A DNA stretch of 64,000 nt from NCBI GenBank assembly GCA_963719025.1, contig CAVRBK010000056.1, positions 5,907 to 69,906 on the forward strand. Reading direction: 5' to 3'. The translations under genes and the position numbers were made by a program. The notes beneath the pieces were generated by a model. That model saw only the letters and a list, made by a program, of their open reading frames with translations. It was not told the DNA's origin and made no database searches. Source of the DNA: an uncultured Gammaproteobacteria bacterium (GTDB lineage Bacteria > Pseudomonadota > Gammaproteobacteria > Chromatiales > Chromatiaceae). This document shows, one piece after another, positions 24,393 to 37,637 of this stretch. Each line of letters begins with the position of its first letter. Position 1 is the first letter of the stretch.

Positions 24393-25688
24393 ATGCCATC
24401 TGCGCACGCCTGTTTTGTCGGCATCGACTTCGGCACATCCGGGTGCCGTGCGATTGCGATCGACGAAGCCGCACGCATCGTGGCGCAGGCGCGGACCGCA
24501 CTCCCGCCATCGACCCGGCCACAGGCGGGCTTCAGTGAACAGGATCCGGCCGACTGGTGGGATGCGTTCGCGCGCACCATGGCCGATCTGCTGTTGCAGG
24601 AGCCTGGCGACATCCGCGCAATCAGCGTGGATGGCACCTCGTCTACCCTGCTGCTGGCCGATACGAGCGGTCGACCACTGACCCGAGCGCTGATGTATGA
24701 CGATCGGCGCGCGACCGAAGCCGCGGGTCGTATCGACCGGCACGCACCAGCAGATTCACCGGCCCGCGGACCCGGCTCGGCATTGGCAAAAATGCTGTAC
24801 CTGCTCGAGCAGGTCGGCGATAGCGCCGCGTTCGTATTGCATCAGGCGGACTGGATCAACGGCCGCTTGCTGCAACGTTTCGGCGAGGCCGATGAAAGCA
24901 ATGTGCTGAAACTGGGATATGACCCGGTGGCCCGGCGCTGGCCACCCTGGATCGGCGCACTCGGCGTATCACCCGCTTTGCTCCCGCGCGTCGTGCCGGT
25001 CGGCACCCTGCTGGGGAGGATTGCACCCGAGATAGCGCAGCGCCTTGGCCTGCCGGCGCATACGGAATTGGTGGCGGGTACGACCGACAGCAATGCCGCC
25101 ACGCTTGCCGCGGGTTCCGGCGCCATCGGGGATGCCGTCACGTCACTCGGCAGCACCCTGGTGCTGAAGGTCTGGAGTGACCGACCGGTCGCCTCGGCCC
25201 GCTACGGCGTCTATAGCCACCGCATCGGAGAACGCTGGCTGGTCGGCGGTGCATCCAACAGCGGTGGCGCCGTGCTGCGGCAATACTTCGACGATTCAAC
25301 ACTGCGGGAACTGAGCCGCGGGATCGATCCCACCAGCCCGAGCGGTCTCGATTACTACCCACTGCCAACCACCGGGGAACGTTTTCCATTGAGCGATCCC
25401 TCGCTACGCCCACGACTAACGCCGCGTCCGCAAGATGACGCCCTGTTTCTGCAGGGGCTGTTGGAGGGGATTGCGCAGATCGAGGCCGACGGCTATGCCC
25501 GGCTGGCGGAACTGGGAGCGCCGTTTCCAACCCGGGTGCTGACCAGTGGCGGTGGTGCCACCAATGCGGCATGGCGCGAGATTCGGCACCGCAAACTGGG
25601 CATACCGGTCGTTACCGCACGCCACACCGCAGCCGCTTATGGCGTCGCGCTCCTGGCGCGCGATGCCATGCTTAGCCAGGATCAGTAA
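24393..25688 (+). CDS. FGGY-family carbohydrate kinase, SePSK/AtXK-1 (D-ribulose kinase)-like
   Basis: GIDFGTSG, LHQADW, LKLGYDP, AGTTDS, AVTSLGSTLVLK, YSHR, GGASNSGG, LDYYPL, GERFP and SGGGA motifs. Confidence 0.88.
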   Translation: MPSAHACFVGIDFGTSGCRAIAIDEAARIVAQARTALPPSTRPQAGFSEQDPADWWDAFARTMADLLLQEPGDIRAISVDGTSSTLLLADTSGRPLTRALMYDDRRATEAAGRIDRHAPADSPARGPGSALAKMLYLLEQVGDSAAFVLHQADWINGRLLQRFGEADESNVLKLGYDPVARRWPPWIGALGVSPALLPRVVPVGTLLGRIAPEIAQRLGLPAHTELVAGTTDSNAATLAAGSGAIGDAVTSLGSTLVLKVWSDRPVASARYGVYSHRIGERWLVGGASNSGGAVLRQYFDDSTLRELSRGIDPTSPSGLDYYPLPTTGERFPLSDPSLRPRLTPRPQDDALFLQGLLEGIAQIEADGYARLAELGAPFPTRVLTSGGGATNAAWREIRHRKLGIPVVTARHTAAAYGVALLARDAMLSQDQ

Positions 25689-28485
25689 ACCTGATCAGCC
25701 GCGCAGCCTGGCGAGCAAGTTCCTCGGCTGACTTTGCAAAACCGGTATTCGGATGATCGCGCATCACCCGTTGCAACATGGGCCGGGCCTCGGAATCGCG
25801 ATTCATCACGTGCAGGGCCTCGGCGACATGCAACGCAATCTCGGCATTGCGTGGGGCAATGATCAGCGCCTGCTGCAAGGCGGAGAGCCCATCCTGCTGG
25901 CGTCCCTGCTGGAACAGGATCCAGCCGTAGGTATCGACAATCTCGGCGCGAGAAGGCGCGGCCTCATAGGCCTGGGTCGCCAGCTCCACGGCACGCTCAC
26001 CATTGACCTCCAGATACAGCCACGCCATGTTGTTCAATATTACCGGGCCTGCCTTACCGTGCTTGAGTGTCTCCTCGTAGGCCGCCAGCGCCTCCACATC
26101 CTGCCCGGCCTGTTGCCGGATCATTCCCAGGCTTGCCCAGGCCACGCCGTCGGTGGCGTTGCTCGCCACCCAGTCGGTCAATATATCGATGGCGCGTTCG
26201 CTCTGCCCCGCTGCGGCCAAGCCTCGCGCATACTGGTTCACCCGACGAGAACTGAGATCGATCTTCAACGCCGCCTCAGCCGCGGCAAGCGCCTTTTCAC
26301 CCTCGCCAAGACCCCGATACGCAGCGGCCTCGATATCGAATCCCAACACATTGTCGGGGAAGTGCTGCTTCAGACGCTGGGCCACGTTCAACGCCGCATC
26401 AAAGCGTTTGTCACGCAGTTCCAGTTCGCCCAGGCCAACCCAGACCACGGGCACCTTGAAGGTCTTGTCGAGTTCGACCGCACGGCTGAAGGCGGTGCGT
26501 GAACGTTCTGTATGGCCGGCAGCGGCGTGTGCGCGTCCGAGTTGGAACCAGCCCTCGATACTCTCGGGCTGAACCTCGGTCAGCTTGGTCAGGGTATAGA
26601 CGGCGCTGGCGTAGTCGCCGCTCTGCAGTTGCGCCATGCCTTGCAGGCGCAAGACCGCAGGCAGATCGCGCTGTTCCGGCTTGACTCCCGACAGGAGATT
26701 GGCTGCCTTGAGCCCCTCGCTGCTGCGCAGGTGCAGCTCGGCCAGCACCAGGATCGGTTGCAGGGCTTCCGGATTGGCGCGATTGGCCTTCACCAGCCAG
26801 TCTTCAGCACCTGCCATATCGCTGGCTGCCCGAGCCAGGCCAGCCATACCCATCAGTGCGCCGAGGTTCTTCGGATCGTTCTTCAGCACATCCTCGTAGG
26901 CCGCTTTGGCATCGTCCGGGCGCTTTGCCACGAGGGCCAGGCGCGCCAGGTTCATTCGCGCGACCTGGAACTTCGGATCCTTCTCAAGGGCCAGGCGGAA
27001 ACGCCCTTCGGCGTCATCAAACTTGCGCTGGGCCAGATAGGCCAGGCCGGTGAGATTGAACGGGATCGGGCTGTCGGCCATCCGCGCCTCGAGTGCCTCC
27101 GAGGCCTCTATCGCCTTTTCAAACTCGCGCTTGTTGAGATAGCTCAGGACCAGCAACACGTCGGCCTGAACCACGTCCTGGCCCAGCGCCACCGCGGATT
27201 CGAGCTGAGAAATGGCCCCACCGGTATCACCGGAGGCGATCTTGCCAACCGCCAGCTGCGTGCGCAGCAGCGCCTGCTCAGGATCGATCTGTACGGCACG
27301 TTCGATCAGTTCGGCGCCCCGGGAATTCTCCCCGGTCTGGATCAACGCGGTACCGAGCAAGGCAAGCAGTTGGGCATCGGCGGTATCGTCCCGCACGATC
27401 GGCGACAGCACCTGTACGGCCCGGTCGGGCTGGCGCAGTTTCAGGCGCGCCGCGCCGAGCAACTTGATCACCTGGGGATTGCCCGGCGTACTGGCGAGCA
27501 CGCGCGTCAGGTAATCATCGGCGACCGTGAACTCGTTACGCGCATAACTGACGATGCCGTATAACAACTGCGCCTGCAGATTGCCCGGAGCAACCCGCAG
27601 CAGTACCTGCAGTTCGTCGGCGGCACGCTCCAGGTCACCGTCCTGGAACGACACCAGTGCCTGCAGGTAATTGACGGCAGGCAGATCCTTGGTCAAGCGA
27701 TGCAGGCTCGCGAGATCCTGCTTCGCGGCATCGATGTTGCGTTGCGCGATGTGCACAAGGGCAAGCCCGATGTGCGCGCGTGGATTTGCCGGTGCCTCTT
27801 TCGCCGCACGCTGGTAATCGACTTCCGCCAGGTCCAGCTTCTGCAGTCGGCGCTGAAGATCGCCGCGCACCAGACGGGTCTCGACATGCCCCGGATGTTC
27901 GACCAGCACCTGGTTCAACTGTTCAAGGGCCGCCTCGTTCTGTCGCTGCCCAAGCAAGACCTGGGCCTTGCCCAGCCGTGCCATGGGATTGCCGCTTTCG
28001 ACGGCGAGTGCCGCATCATATTCGACGATCGCCGCTTCGGTCTGACCCAGCGCGAGACTGGCATTGCCACGGATGGCAAAGATCTCGGCCCGCAACGCGG
28101 GAGCCAGATCATCGCTGACGCTGACCTCCTCCAAAATGCGACCGAACTGGCCCTGCAAAACCAGCGACCTTGCATAACCGGATAGCCATAACTTGTTAGG
28201 CGCGCCCAGATCACGTGCACGGCCGAACTCCTTCTCGGCCGCCGGGCCATCGGCGCCACGCAGGTACAGGGAACCCAGGGTGACACGGGCATTGATATGC
28301 GAGGGATCTTCGCGCAACGCGTTCTTGAGCTGGATGATCGCTGATTTGATCTCCCCCTGCGCAAGGTATTGGCGCGCCTCTTCGACGTAGTCATCCGCAT
28401 CGGCCGCCGCAACGTTTTGCGCCAACAGAGCCACCGCGAGCGCGGCGCCAACCAACCAACCTGCTTTACCCCGGTACTGGCACAT
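25672..28485 (-). CDS. prsT: PEP-CTERM system TPR-repeat protein PrsT (true stop probably near 25695; 1-bp insertion near the 3' end)
   Basis: Signal peptide, AIIQLKNAL...AAEKE motif, TPR repeats over about 930 aa, DTYGWIL; follows prsR. Confidence 0.92.
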   Translation of the reverse strand: MCQYRGKAGWLVGAALAVALLAQNVAAADADDYVEEARQYLAQGEIKSAIIQLKNALREDPSHINARVTLGSLYLRGADGPAAEKEFGRARDLGAPNKLWLSGYARSLVLQGQFGRILEEVSVSDDLAPALRAEIFAIRGNASLALGQTEAAIVEYDAALAVESGNPMARLGKAQVLLGQRQNEAALEQLNQVLVEHPGHVETRLVRGDLQRRLQKLDLAEVDYQRAAKEAPANPRAHIGLALVHIAQRNIDAAKQDLASLHRLTKDLPAVNYLQALVSFQDGDLERAADELQVLLRVAPGNLQAQLLYGIVSYARNEFTVADDYLTRVLASTPGNPQVIKLLGAARLKLRQPDRAVQVLSPIVRDDTADAQLLALLGTALIQTGENSRGAELIERAVQIDPEQALLRTQLAVGKIASGDTGGAISQLESAVALGQDVVQADVLLVLSYLNKREFEKAIEASEALEARMADSPIPFNLTGLAYLAQRKFDDAEGRFRLALEKDPKFQVARMNLARLALVAKRPDDAKAAYEDVLKNDPKNLGALMGMAGLARAASDMAGAEDWLVKANRANPEALQPILVLAELHLRSSEGLKAANLLSGVKPEQRDLPAVLRLQGMAQLQSGDYASAVYTLTKLTEVQPESIEGWFQLGRAHAAAGHTERSRTAFSRAVELDKTFKVPVVWVGLGELELRDKRFDAALNVAQRLKQHFPDNVLGFDIEAAAYRGLGEGEKALAAAEAALKIDLSSRRVNQYARGLAAAGQSERAIDILTDWVASNATDGVAWASLGMIRQQAGQDVEALAAYEETLKHGKAGPVILNNMAWLYLEVNGERAVELATQAYEAAPSRAEIVDTYGWILFQQGRQQDGLSALQQALIIAPRNAEIALHVAEALHVMNRDSEARPMLQRVMRDHPNTGFAKSAEELARQAARLIRFTDPG

Positions 28486-28602
28486 GATCCGGAATTCTCC
28501 CTGTCTGTGATTTATGGCCATCGTCACCGCAAAATAGCGTGGCGATATTAATTGTCGATGAAAGACCTCGAGACGGACCTGCGGCGGCAACGCGGAAACG
28601 CG

Positions 28603-29967
28603 TCAGAACTCGCCGATCCCGTATTTTTTCATAAGATTATACAAAGTCGGTCGTGTCACCCCGAGCAGTTCCGCCGTTTTGGAGACATTGCTGTCCGTTC
28701 GCGCCAGTGCGCGGACGATCGCCATCGACTCCGCCTTCTCGCGCACCTCGCGCAGATTGAAGGGCTCCTGCTCTGCGTCGGCGTCCTGCTCCGGCAGCTC
28801 CAGGTCCTCGAGCGAGGCATGGGTGCCGTCGGCCATGATCACGGCGCGCTTCACACGGTTTTCCATTTCGCGCACGTTGCCGGGCCAGGCATAGGCTTCA
28901 ATGGCCTCGACCGCCTGCGGCGTGAAACCCTTGATCGGGCGCTTGAGCTGGGTCGCAAAGCGCTCGATAAACGCACGGGCCAGCAGCAGGCTGTCACCCT
29001 GCCTGTCGCGCAGCGGCGGCACCCTGATCGTGGCCTCGTTGATCCGATAGTAAAGGTCCTCACGGAAGTCACCCGCCTCAATCAATTCGGGCAGATCGCG
29101 ATGGGTCGCACAGATCACCCGCACATCCACCGGAATCTCGCTCCGCCCACCGATCCGTTCGATGACCCGCTCCTGGAGAAAGCGCAACAACTTGGCCTGC
29201 AGCGGCAGCGGCAGGTCGCCGACCTCGTCGAGAAAGAGGATGCCGCCATTCGCCACCTCAATCTTGCCCGGCGTGGTCTTGGCCGCCCCGGTGAAGGCGC
29301 CTTTCTCGTAACCGAACAGCTCGCTCTCTAGCAGCGCCTCGGGAATGGCGGCACAGTTGATGGCCACCAGGCGCTTGTCGGCACGGTCACTCAGGTTGTG
29401 AAGGGCCTTGACCAGCACCTCTTTGCCGGTCCCGCTTTCACCGAGAATCAGTGTCGATACATCGGTCGGCGCCAGCTTCTCCACTGTCCGGCAGACCTTC
29501 ATCATCTCCGGGCTGGATGCAATCAGGCCCTCCAGAACCGATTCACCATGTACCGTCTGCAGGCGACGGTTCTCCTGTTCGATCTCGAACAGCCTTGCTG
29601 CCCGGCGGATGGTAATCGCCAGCAGATCAGGATCGATCGGCTTCTCGTAGAAATCGTAGGCGCCCATCGCGATCGCCCGCATCGCGTTGGTGCGGTCATT
29701 GTGACCGGTAACCACAATCACCTTGGTATCCGGCACCAGCGACAGGATTTCCTCCAGCAGGCCGAATCCGACACTTACTCCGCCGGGATCGGGAGGCAGG
29801 CCAAGATCCAGGGTGACTACTGCGGGTTCGAAGCGACGCAGGTGCGCAATCGCCCCGTCACGGTCATCCGCAACGGCGACCTCGAAATCTTCGAAGCTCC
29901 ACTTGAGCTGGCTTTGCAACCCGGGATCATCCTCGACGACCAGAAGCTTGTCTTTGTTTTCAGCCAA
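28603..29967 (-). CDS. prsR: PEP-CTERM-box sigma-54 response regulator PrsR
   Basis: [41 protein letters not shown] and [12 protein letters not shown]. Confidence 0.95.
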   Translation of the reverse strand: MAENKDKLLVVEDDPGLQSQLKWSFEDFEVAVADDRDGAIAHLRRFEPAVVTLDLGLPPDPGGVSVGFGLLEEILSLVPDTKVIVVTGHNDRTNAMRAIAMGAYDFYEKPIDPDLLAITIRRAARLFEIEQENRRLQTVHGESVLEGLIASSPEMMKVCRTVEKLAPTDVSTLILGESGTGKEVLVKALHNLSDRADKRLVAINCAAIPEALLESELFGYEKGAFTGAAKTTPGKIEVANGGILFLDEVGDLPLPLQAKLLRFLQERVIERIGGRSEIPVDVRVICATHRDLPELIEAGDFREDLYYRINEATIRVPPLRDRQGDSLLLARAFIERFATQLKRPIKGFTPQAVEAIEAYAWPGNVREMENRVKRAVIMADGTHASLEDLELPEQDADAEQEPFNLREVREKAESMAIVRALARTDSNVSKTAELLGVTRPTLYNLMKKYGIGEF

Positions 29968-29973
29968 CGTAGG

Positions 29974-32074
29974 TTAATCCTTGTCTTCGCTTTCTTGTTG
30001 TAAGGACATGTCACCCAGGCTGGGCAACATGATCCTGAATACCGTGCCCCGCCCTGGGGTGCTTTCAACCACGACCTGCCCGCCCAAAGCGACGATAACC
30101 TCGCGGCACTCGTAGGCACCGATGCCCATGCCGGTCAGCCCCTTGGTTGAATCGAACGGACGAAACAGGCGGGTCTTGATGAAATCCGCATCCATTCCGG
30201 CGCCGGTGTCGCGAACCTCGACTATAACTTGGTCACCGGCCACCCGCAGCAGCACCTCGATACGTCCATCTGCCGGCGTCGCATCCTGTGCATTCTGCAC
30301 AACATGTCCGATCACCGCGGACAGGCGATCCGGTTCGGCCGATACCCAGGCGGCGTCCACTTCAGACCGCAGCACAGGCGACGGGGTTCCTGCGGACTTT
30401 GCAGCAATCACCTCGCGAACCTCGCTCACCAGGTCGAGTCGGCGATTTTCGCCGGTGATATCGGCGCTCTTCAGCTGCGCCATGAGGCGGTTCATCTTCG
30501 TTACGGCGTTCTCGATCGTGCCGATCGCGTCATCGATGAACTCCGGGTTGTGCTTATGTTTCGCGGCGTTTTTTGCGACCAGGGAAAGCTGCGCAATCAG
30601 GTTCTTGAGGTCATGCATGACAAACGCCGACAGGCGATTGAACCCTTCGAACTGGCGGGCCTCGGCCAGCGCCTCGGCGGCCTGGCTCAGGGCCAGGTAG
30701 CTTGCCGCCTGCATACCGACGGTCTTCAGCAGGTCGAGGTTCTCCCAGTTGATGGATTGCGGTGCACGTGGCTGCAGCAGCAGTACGAAATCCGAGCAGC
30801 TGTTCGTCATGGATCAGTGGGACGATCAACCAGGCATCGGCGTTGTCATACACCCATGCCGGAAGGTCCAACGAACCATAGATATCAGGATCGCTCCGAT
30901 ACTCATCGACTTTGATCACCCAACGCTGATCGCGCAGAAACGGGATCAAGGATTCATCGGCAGCGACCGTCGAAGCGACCGCGTGCTGCGAATTGAACCG
31001 GGCCTTGAAGCGGTATTCACCTTTGTCCGAGCGCACCCATAACAACCCGCCGGAGCTGTCGACAATCTCGGCCAGCGCCCAGATGACACGTTCACTCAAA
31101 GGCTTGTCGACACCCCTGCCGGCCAGCAGGCCGATCACCCGCAGCCACTCTTCACGGTAGTCGTAGCGGTAACTGAAGAAGTGCTTGTCGAGAAAGACCC
31201 GGATGCGCGCCCGAAACTGACCCGAGAACAGCAGCGCAACCAGCACAATGATGGCGCCAAACAGGAAGGCGATCTGCAGCACGCCGCCCCATTCACCGCC
31301 GTAGATCTTGATGTAATAGCCGGCCAGTGCCATCAGCAGCATGTACAGGCCGGCACTGAACAGGGTCGTCGAGTGCAGCACCATGCGGCGCGACAGGAAT
31401 ACCGGCAGGCGCCAGTCCGGATTGCGCGCCGCTGTTACCCCGATCAGCGGCACCGCCATGAACACGACGAACCCGCGCGCCGACCAGATCGCCCCGTCGA
31501 GCCGGTGGAACAGCAAGGCATCGGTGTAGAGGTAGAAGTCGAAGGCGAACACGGCGCCGAGACCGAAACAGAGGTGCTTGATGCCCCAGCGCAACTCCAC
31601 CGGCGTATTGCGAAACAGCTGTTCCACGAGGGCGAGCCCCAACACGGCATACAACAACTGACCGATCAGCGAGAATTCACGTTGCACCGCGGTTGGCCGG
31701 AGGTGCGCAACCAGCTGCGGCACGTCCACCAGCATCACCAGCATCAGGAATCCCAACACCAGGCAGCCCAGACGCACGTAACGCAGCATCCGCGAGTACG
31801 CGCCATTGCCCTCGGCGAACGGCTTCAACAGATGCAGGAGAAAGAAGATCCAAAGCAGGTTGCGGACCACCTCTGTCGCCCAGACGACTTCCAGCCCGGG
31901 CAGGCCAAACCCGGCCTGCGCGGCAGCCGATAACGCCCACAAGGCAGATCCGCCGACTGCGGCGAGGAGCTGGGTACCCTGGAAACGTGCACGCCAGCCC
32001 GTCAGCAGCAACAGAAAGAGAAACAAAAACGCCAGGCCGGTCAGCCCGTAGCCATAGAACGCCAGTTGATTCAC
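29974..32074 (-). CDS. prsK: PEP-CTERM system histidine kinase PrsK (frameshift near 30790)
   Basis: Multi-TM N-terminus, KHFFSYRYDYREEW, ARQFEGFNRLSAFVMHDLKN, HKHNPEFIDD and GMGIGAYE. Confidence 0.94.
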
Positions 32075-32159
32075 CGCCAAATCATCCCCCTGCGAGGACA
32101 AGCTGCGGCCGCAAAGGCCAGCCGGTCATTAGCACGCCCGATAGGCCGGTTGCCATCGG

Positions 32160-33556
32160 TCAGTGCGCCCCTTTGCCCCAAAGCACGACCTCGACCGTCT
32201 CCAGCAGGATGATGAGATCGAGAAAGGCGCTCGCATTCTTGACATAGTAGAGATCGAACTCGAGCTTGTTGCGCGCATCATCGATCGTCGCCCCGTAGGG
32301 GTAGGAAAGCTGCGCCCAGCCGGTCAGTCCCGGCTTCACCCGGTGACGTTCGCTGTAGAACGGAATCTCTTTGTCCAGCTGCTCGACGAACTGCGGGCGC
32401 TCGGGCCGCGGCCCGACCAGGCTCATCTCGCCCAGCAGCACGTTGAATACCTGCGGCAGTTCGTCCAGCCGGGTCTTGCGGATCACCGCCCCGACCCGGG
32501 TGATACGACTGTCGTTCTTGGTCGCCCAGCGGGCCACCCCGTCGGCCTCGGCGTCGGTCTGCATGCTGCGGAACTTATGCACCTGAAACGGCCTGCCGTT
32601 CAGACCGACCCGGACCTGGTGAAACAGGATCGGTCCCTTGCCGCCACTCTCGATCAGGATGGCCAGCGCCACCAGCAGCATCAACGGCCAGGCCAGCAGA
32701 AAGATCAGCCGCCACGGCCAGAAGTCGAGGATTCGCTTGGAATACAGCGCGACGCCGCTCAGCCGAAAACCGTCGGAGAAAAAGATCCAGCTGGGATGCA
32801 GCACATCGAGCTTGATGCGCGAGGTCTCTTTTTCGAAGAAGCTCAGCAGATCCAGCACCATGGTGCCGGACATCTTGCAATCGAGGATCTCGTCGACCGG
32901 CAGACGCAGACGCCGGTCATCCGGCGCGACGACGATCTCGTCGACCTCGTGCGCGAGCACGATATCCATCAGGCGGCGGTCATGCGGCATCCAGCGCTGC
33001 TCGGGGATATCGGTCTCCTGCTCATTCACCGGGACATAGCCAACCACCCGGAAACCGGGCTGCTGCGGCTCCAGATCGGCGATCATCTGTGCCTGGCGAC
33101 CGGTTCCCAGCACCAGCACGGTGGTCGACTGCACCTCGCTATGGGTCAGGCGGAAGAACAGCGTGCGCAGACCCAGCACGCCGACGAAGGTGAACAGCAT
33201 GGCATAGACCATGACACCGCGCCCGACGACGAGATCCGGGAAAGGTGTAGAAGACGACACTCATCGCGACGCTGGCGATCAGGAAACTCAATCCGATCCG
33301 GACCAGCAGCCCGGCGCTGAACGGCAGGCCACGCTGGTACAGGCCGACCGAGATCATCGCGATCGTCATCGACGACCGGCGTAGGCCAGCGCGGTGTAGG
33401 ACAGGGATCTCCGGCAGGCCTGCCAGCACGATCCCACCGATGGTGAGCGCGCATGTAGAAACCGGCCACCAGCGAATAGAAGATCACCAGAAACTCGACA
33501 ACACCCAGCAGCAGGTAAAGCTTGGACACGTAGTGCCCAAAGAGCCGGATCATCAT
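32160..33556 (-). CDS. PEP-CTERM-associated priming sugar transferase, TIGR03013-like (several indels)
   Basis: [10 protein letters not shown]-terminus, KFRSM, RITRVG...[30 protein letters not shown] and DLYYVKN; directly upstream of prsK. Confidence 0.9.
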
Positions 33557-33756
33557 GAACCAGGTTACTCCCTTTAACCGCAAGCGCGCCGAGCCTGACA
33601 AAGCGCATTGCCTTTGGCAACTGATTAATCAAATATTGCATACCCGGCTCACAAGGCTGACCGGACCGTCTCGCCTCTGTCGTGAAGGCAGGTTATCATC
33701 CTCGCGCTACCGGCGCCCGCGCCCCTCTAAATAAAGACAGCAAGGTTTATCGCCCA

Positions 33757-35031
<1,275 letters not shown>

Positions 35032-35056
35032 GCCAGGCCATCTCAAGGAAAACCGT

Positions 35057-36068
<1,012 letters not shown>

Positions 36069-36127
36069 CCGCGGCAAAATCTGACCGGGCAGTTTCACGC
36101 ACGCCCGGCGTTCTGCACCGCCTTCCT

Positions 36128-37600
36128 TCAGATAAACGCGAGCACTTCCCGCTCGATATCCTGCTTGTCGATCACGGTATCCTGCACCACCGGCCTGTCG
36201 AACAGGGCCTCGATCATTGGCGGAATGGGCGTGTTCGCGGTGGCGGATATCGATTTCAGGGCATCGATATCGTGGCTGTCGTCCTCGCCGGTCAGGGCGT
36301 GCGCGATGGTCGGCGAAAACTTGGTCCATTCCGCGGTGGAATAGACGATGTCCGGCAGCGGCTTGTCGCGGCAGCTGACGTGGGTCTTGAAACAGATGGC
36401 GGTATGCGGGTCCATCAGGTAGCCGTCGTCGCGGAAGGTCTCGCGAATGCAGGTATCGACCTCTTCATCGTCGGCATAGTCGGCCGCGAACACGGCCTGC
36501 AACGCGACCAGCTCTTCGCCGGTCAGATGATAGACCCGGTTCTCGTCCAGCTCGGCCATCAACTCGCGCGTGCGTTGCGCGCCGTACAGGTCGTAAAGTA
36601 TGCGTTCGACATTCGACGACTTGAGAATATCCATGGCCGGCGAACTGGTCGCGATCACGTCGCGGTCGCGCAGATCGTAGGTCCCGGTTCGGATCAACTC
36701 GGTCAGCACATTGTTGCGGTTCGAGGAGATCAGGATCTTCTCCACCGGCAACCCCATTTTCATCGCGTAGTAGCCGCCAAGCGCATTGCCGAAGTTGCCG
36801 CTCGGCACGTTCAGGTACACCTTGTCGCCGATCGCAATCACACCCTGCCTCACCAACTCCAGGTAACTGTGGATGTGGTAGATCTGCTGGAAGATAATGC
36901 GGCCGAAATTGACCGAGTTGGCTGCAGACAGGTGGGTGTGGCGCTCGCGCAGCCTGTCCTGAAACGAATCGGAAGACAACAGGGTCTTCAGTGCGGACTG
37001 TGCGTCGTCAAAATTGCCGTGGATGCCGATCACCTTCAGGTTGGCGGCGTCCTCGGTCACCATCTGCAGGCGCTGCACGTCCGATGTCCCGCCATCCGGG
37101 TACAGACAGGCCACCTTCACGTTGGCGCGATCCTTGAAAGTCTCCAGGGTCGCCGGCCCGGTATCGCCGCTGGTCGCCGCGAGGATCAGGTAGTGCTCGT
37201 CGCGGGCCTGGGCCAGGCTGGACAGCACCACGCCGAAGGGCTGCAGGGCCATGTCCTTGAAGGCCCGCGTGGGACCGTGATACAGCTCGGAAACGAACAG
37301 GTCGTCGCGCACCCGCACGACGGGCACCGGATGCGCCGGGTCGTCGAAGCCGTCGTACAGGTCCAGGGCACGATCGATCACGGCCTGGTCGACATCCAGT
37401 TCGAAGGCATCGAGCACGGCGCGCGCCAGCGTCTTGTAGTCGCTGTCGATGTGCGCATGCAGGAAAGGTTCGCCCAGCTCAGGCAGGCTTTCGGGCACGT
37501 AGATGCCGCCGAAAGAGCACAGCGGACTGAGAATGGCCTGGGAGAAGGTGACGGACGACGGACGGGTGCCGTCGTTGCCCCGGGTTTCGATGAAATTCAT
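36128..37600 (-). CDS. thrC: Threonine synthase
   Basis: ELYHGPTRAFKDMAL (PLP Lys), ATSGDTG, SAANSVNFGR, VPSGNFGN, SPAMDI and DPHTA; downstream of hom. Confidence 0.95.
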   Translation of the reverse strand: MNFIETRGNDGTRPSSVTFSQAILSPLCSFGGIYVPESLPELGEPFLHAHIDSDYKTLARAVLDAFELDVDQAVIDRALDLYDGFDDPAHPVPVVRVRDDLFVSELYHGPTRAFKDMALQPFGVVLSSLAQARDEHYLILAATSGDTGPATLETFKDRANVKVACLYPDGGTSDVQRLQMVTEDAANLKVIGIHGNFDDAQSALKTLLSSDSFQDRLRERHTHLSAANSVNFGRIIFQQIYHIHSYLELVRQGVIAIGDKVYLNVPSGNFGNALGGYYAMKMGLPVEKILISSNRNNVLTELIRTGTYDLRDRDVIATSSPAMDILKSSNVERILYDLYGAQRTRELMAELDENRVYHLTGEELVALQAVFAADYADDEEVDTCIRETFRDDGYLMDPHTAICFKTHVSCRDKPLPDIVYSTAEWTKFSPTIAHALTGEDDSHDIDALKSISATANTPIPPMIEALFDRPVVQDTVIDKQDIEREVLAFI

Positions 37601-37631
37601 GATGCGCGCTGGGTATTCAACAAAGCCCGCG

Positions 37632-37637
37632 ATTATA
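37632..37637 (-). promoter_or_regulatory. Internal -10 box upstream of thrC
   Basis: TATAAT on the minus strand about 31 nt before the thrC ATG, overlapping the upstream stop codon. Confidence 0.4.

Noticed and set aside
25672-25720. Convergent overlap of prsT with the kinase gene
   Set aside because: Removing one base gives ...EELLARLRG* ending near 25695, so the overlap is probably an indel artefact
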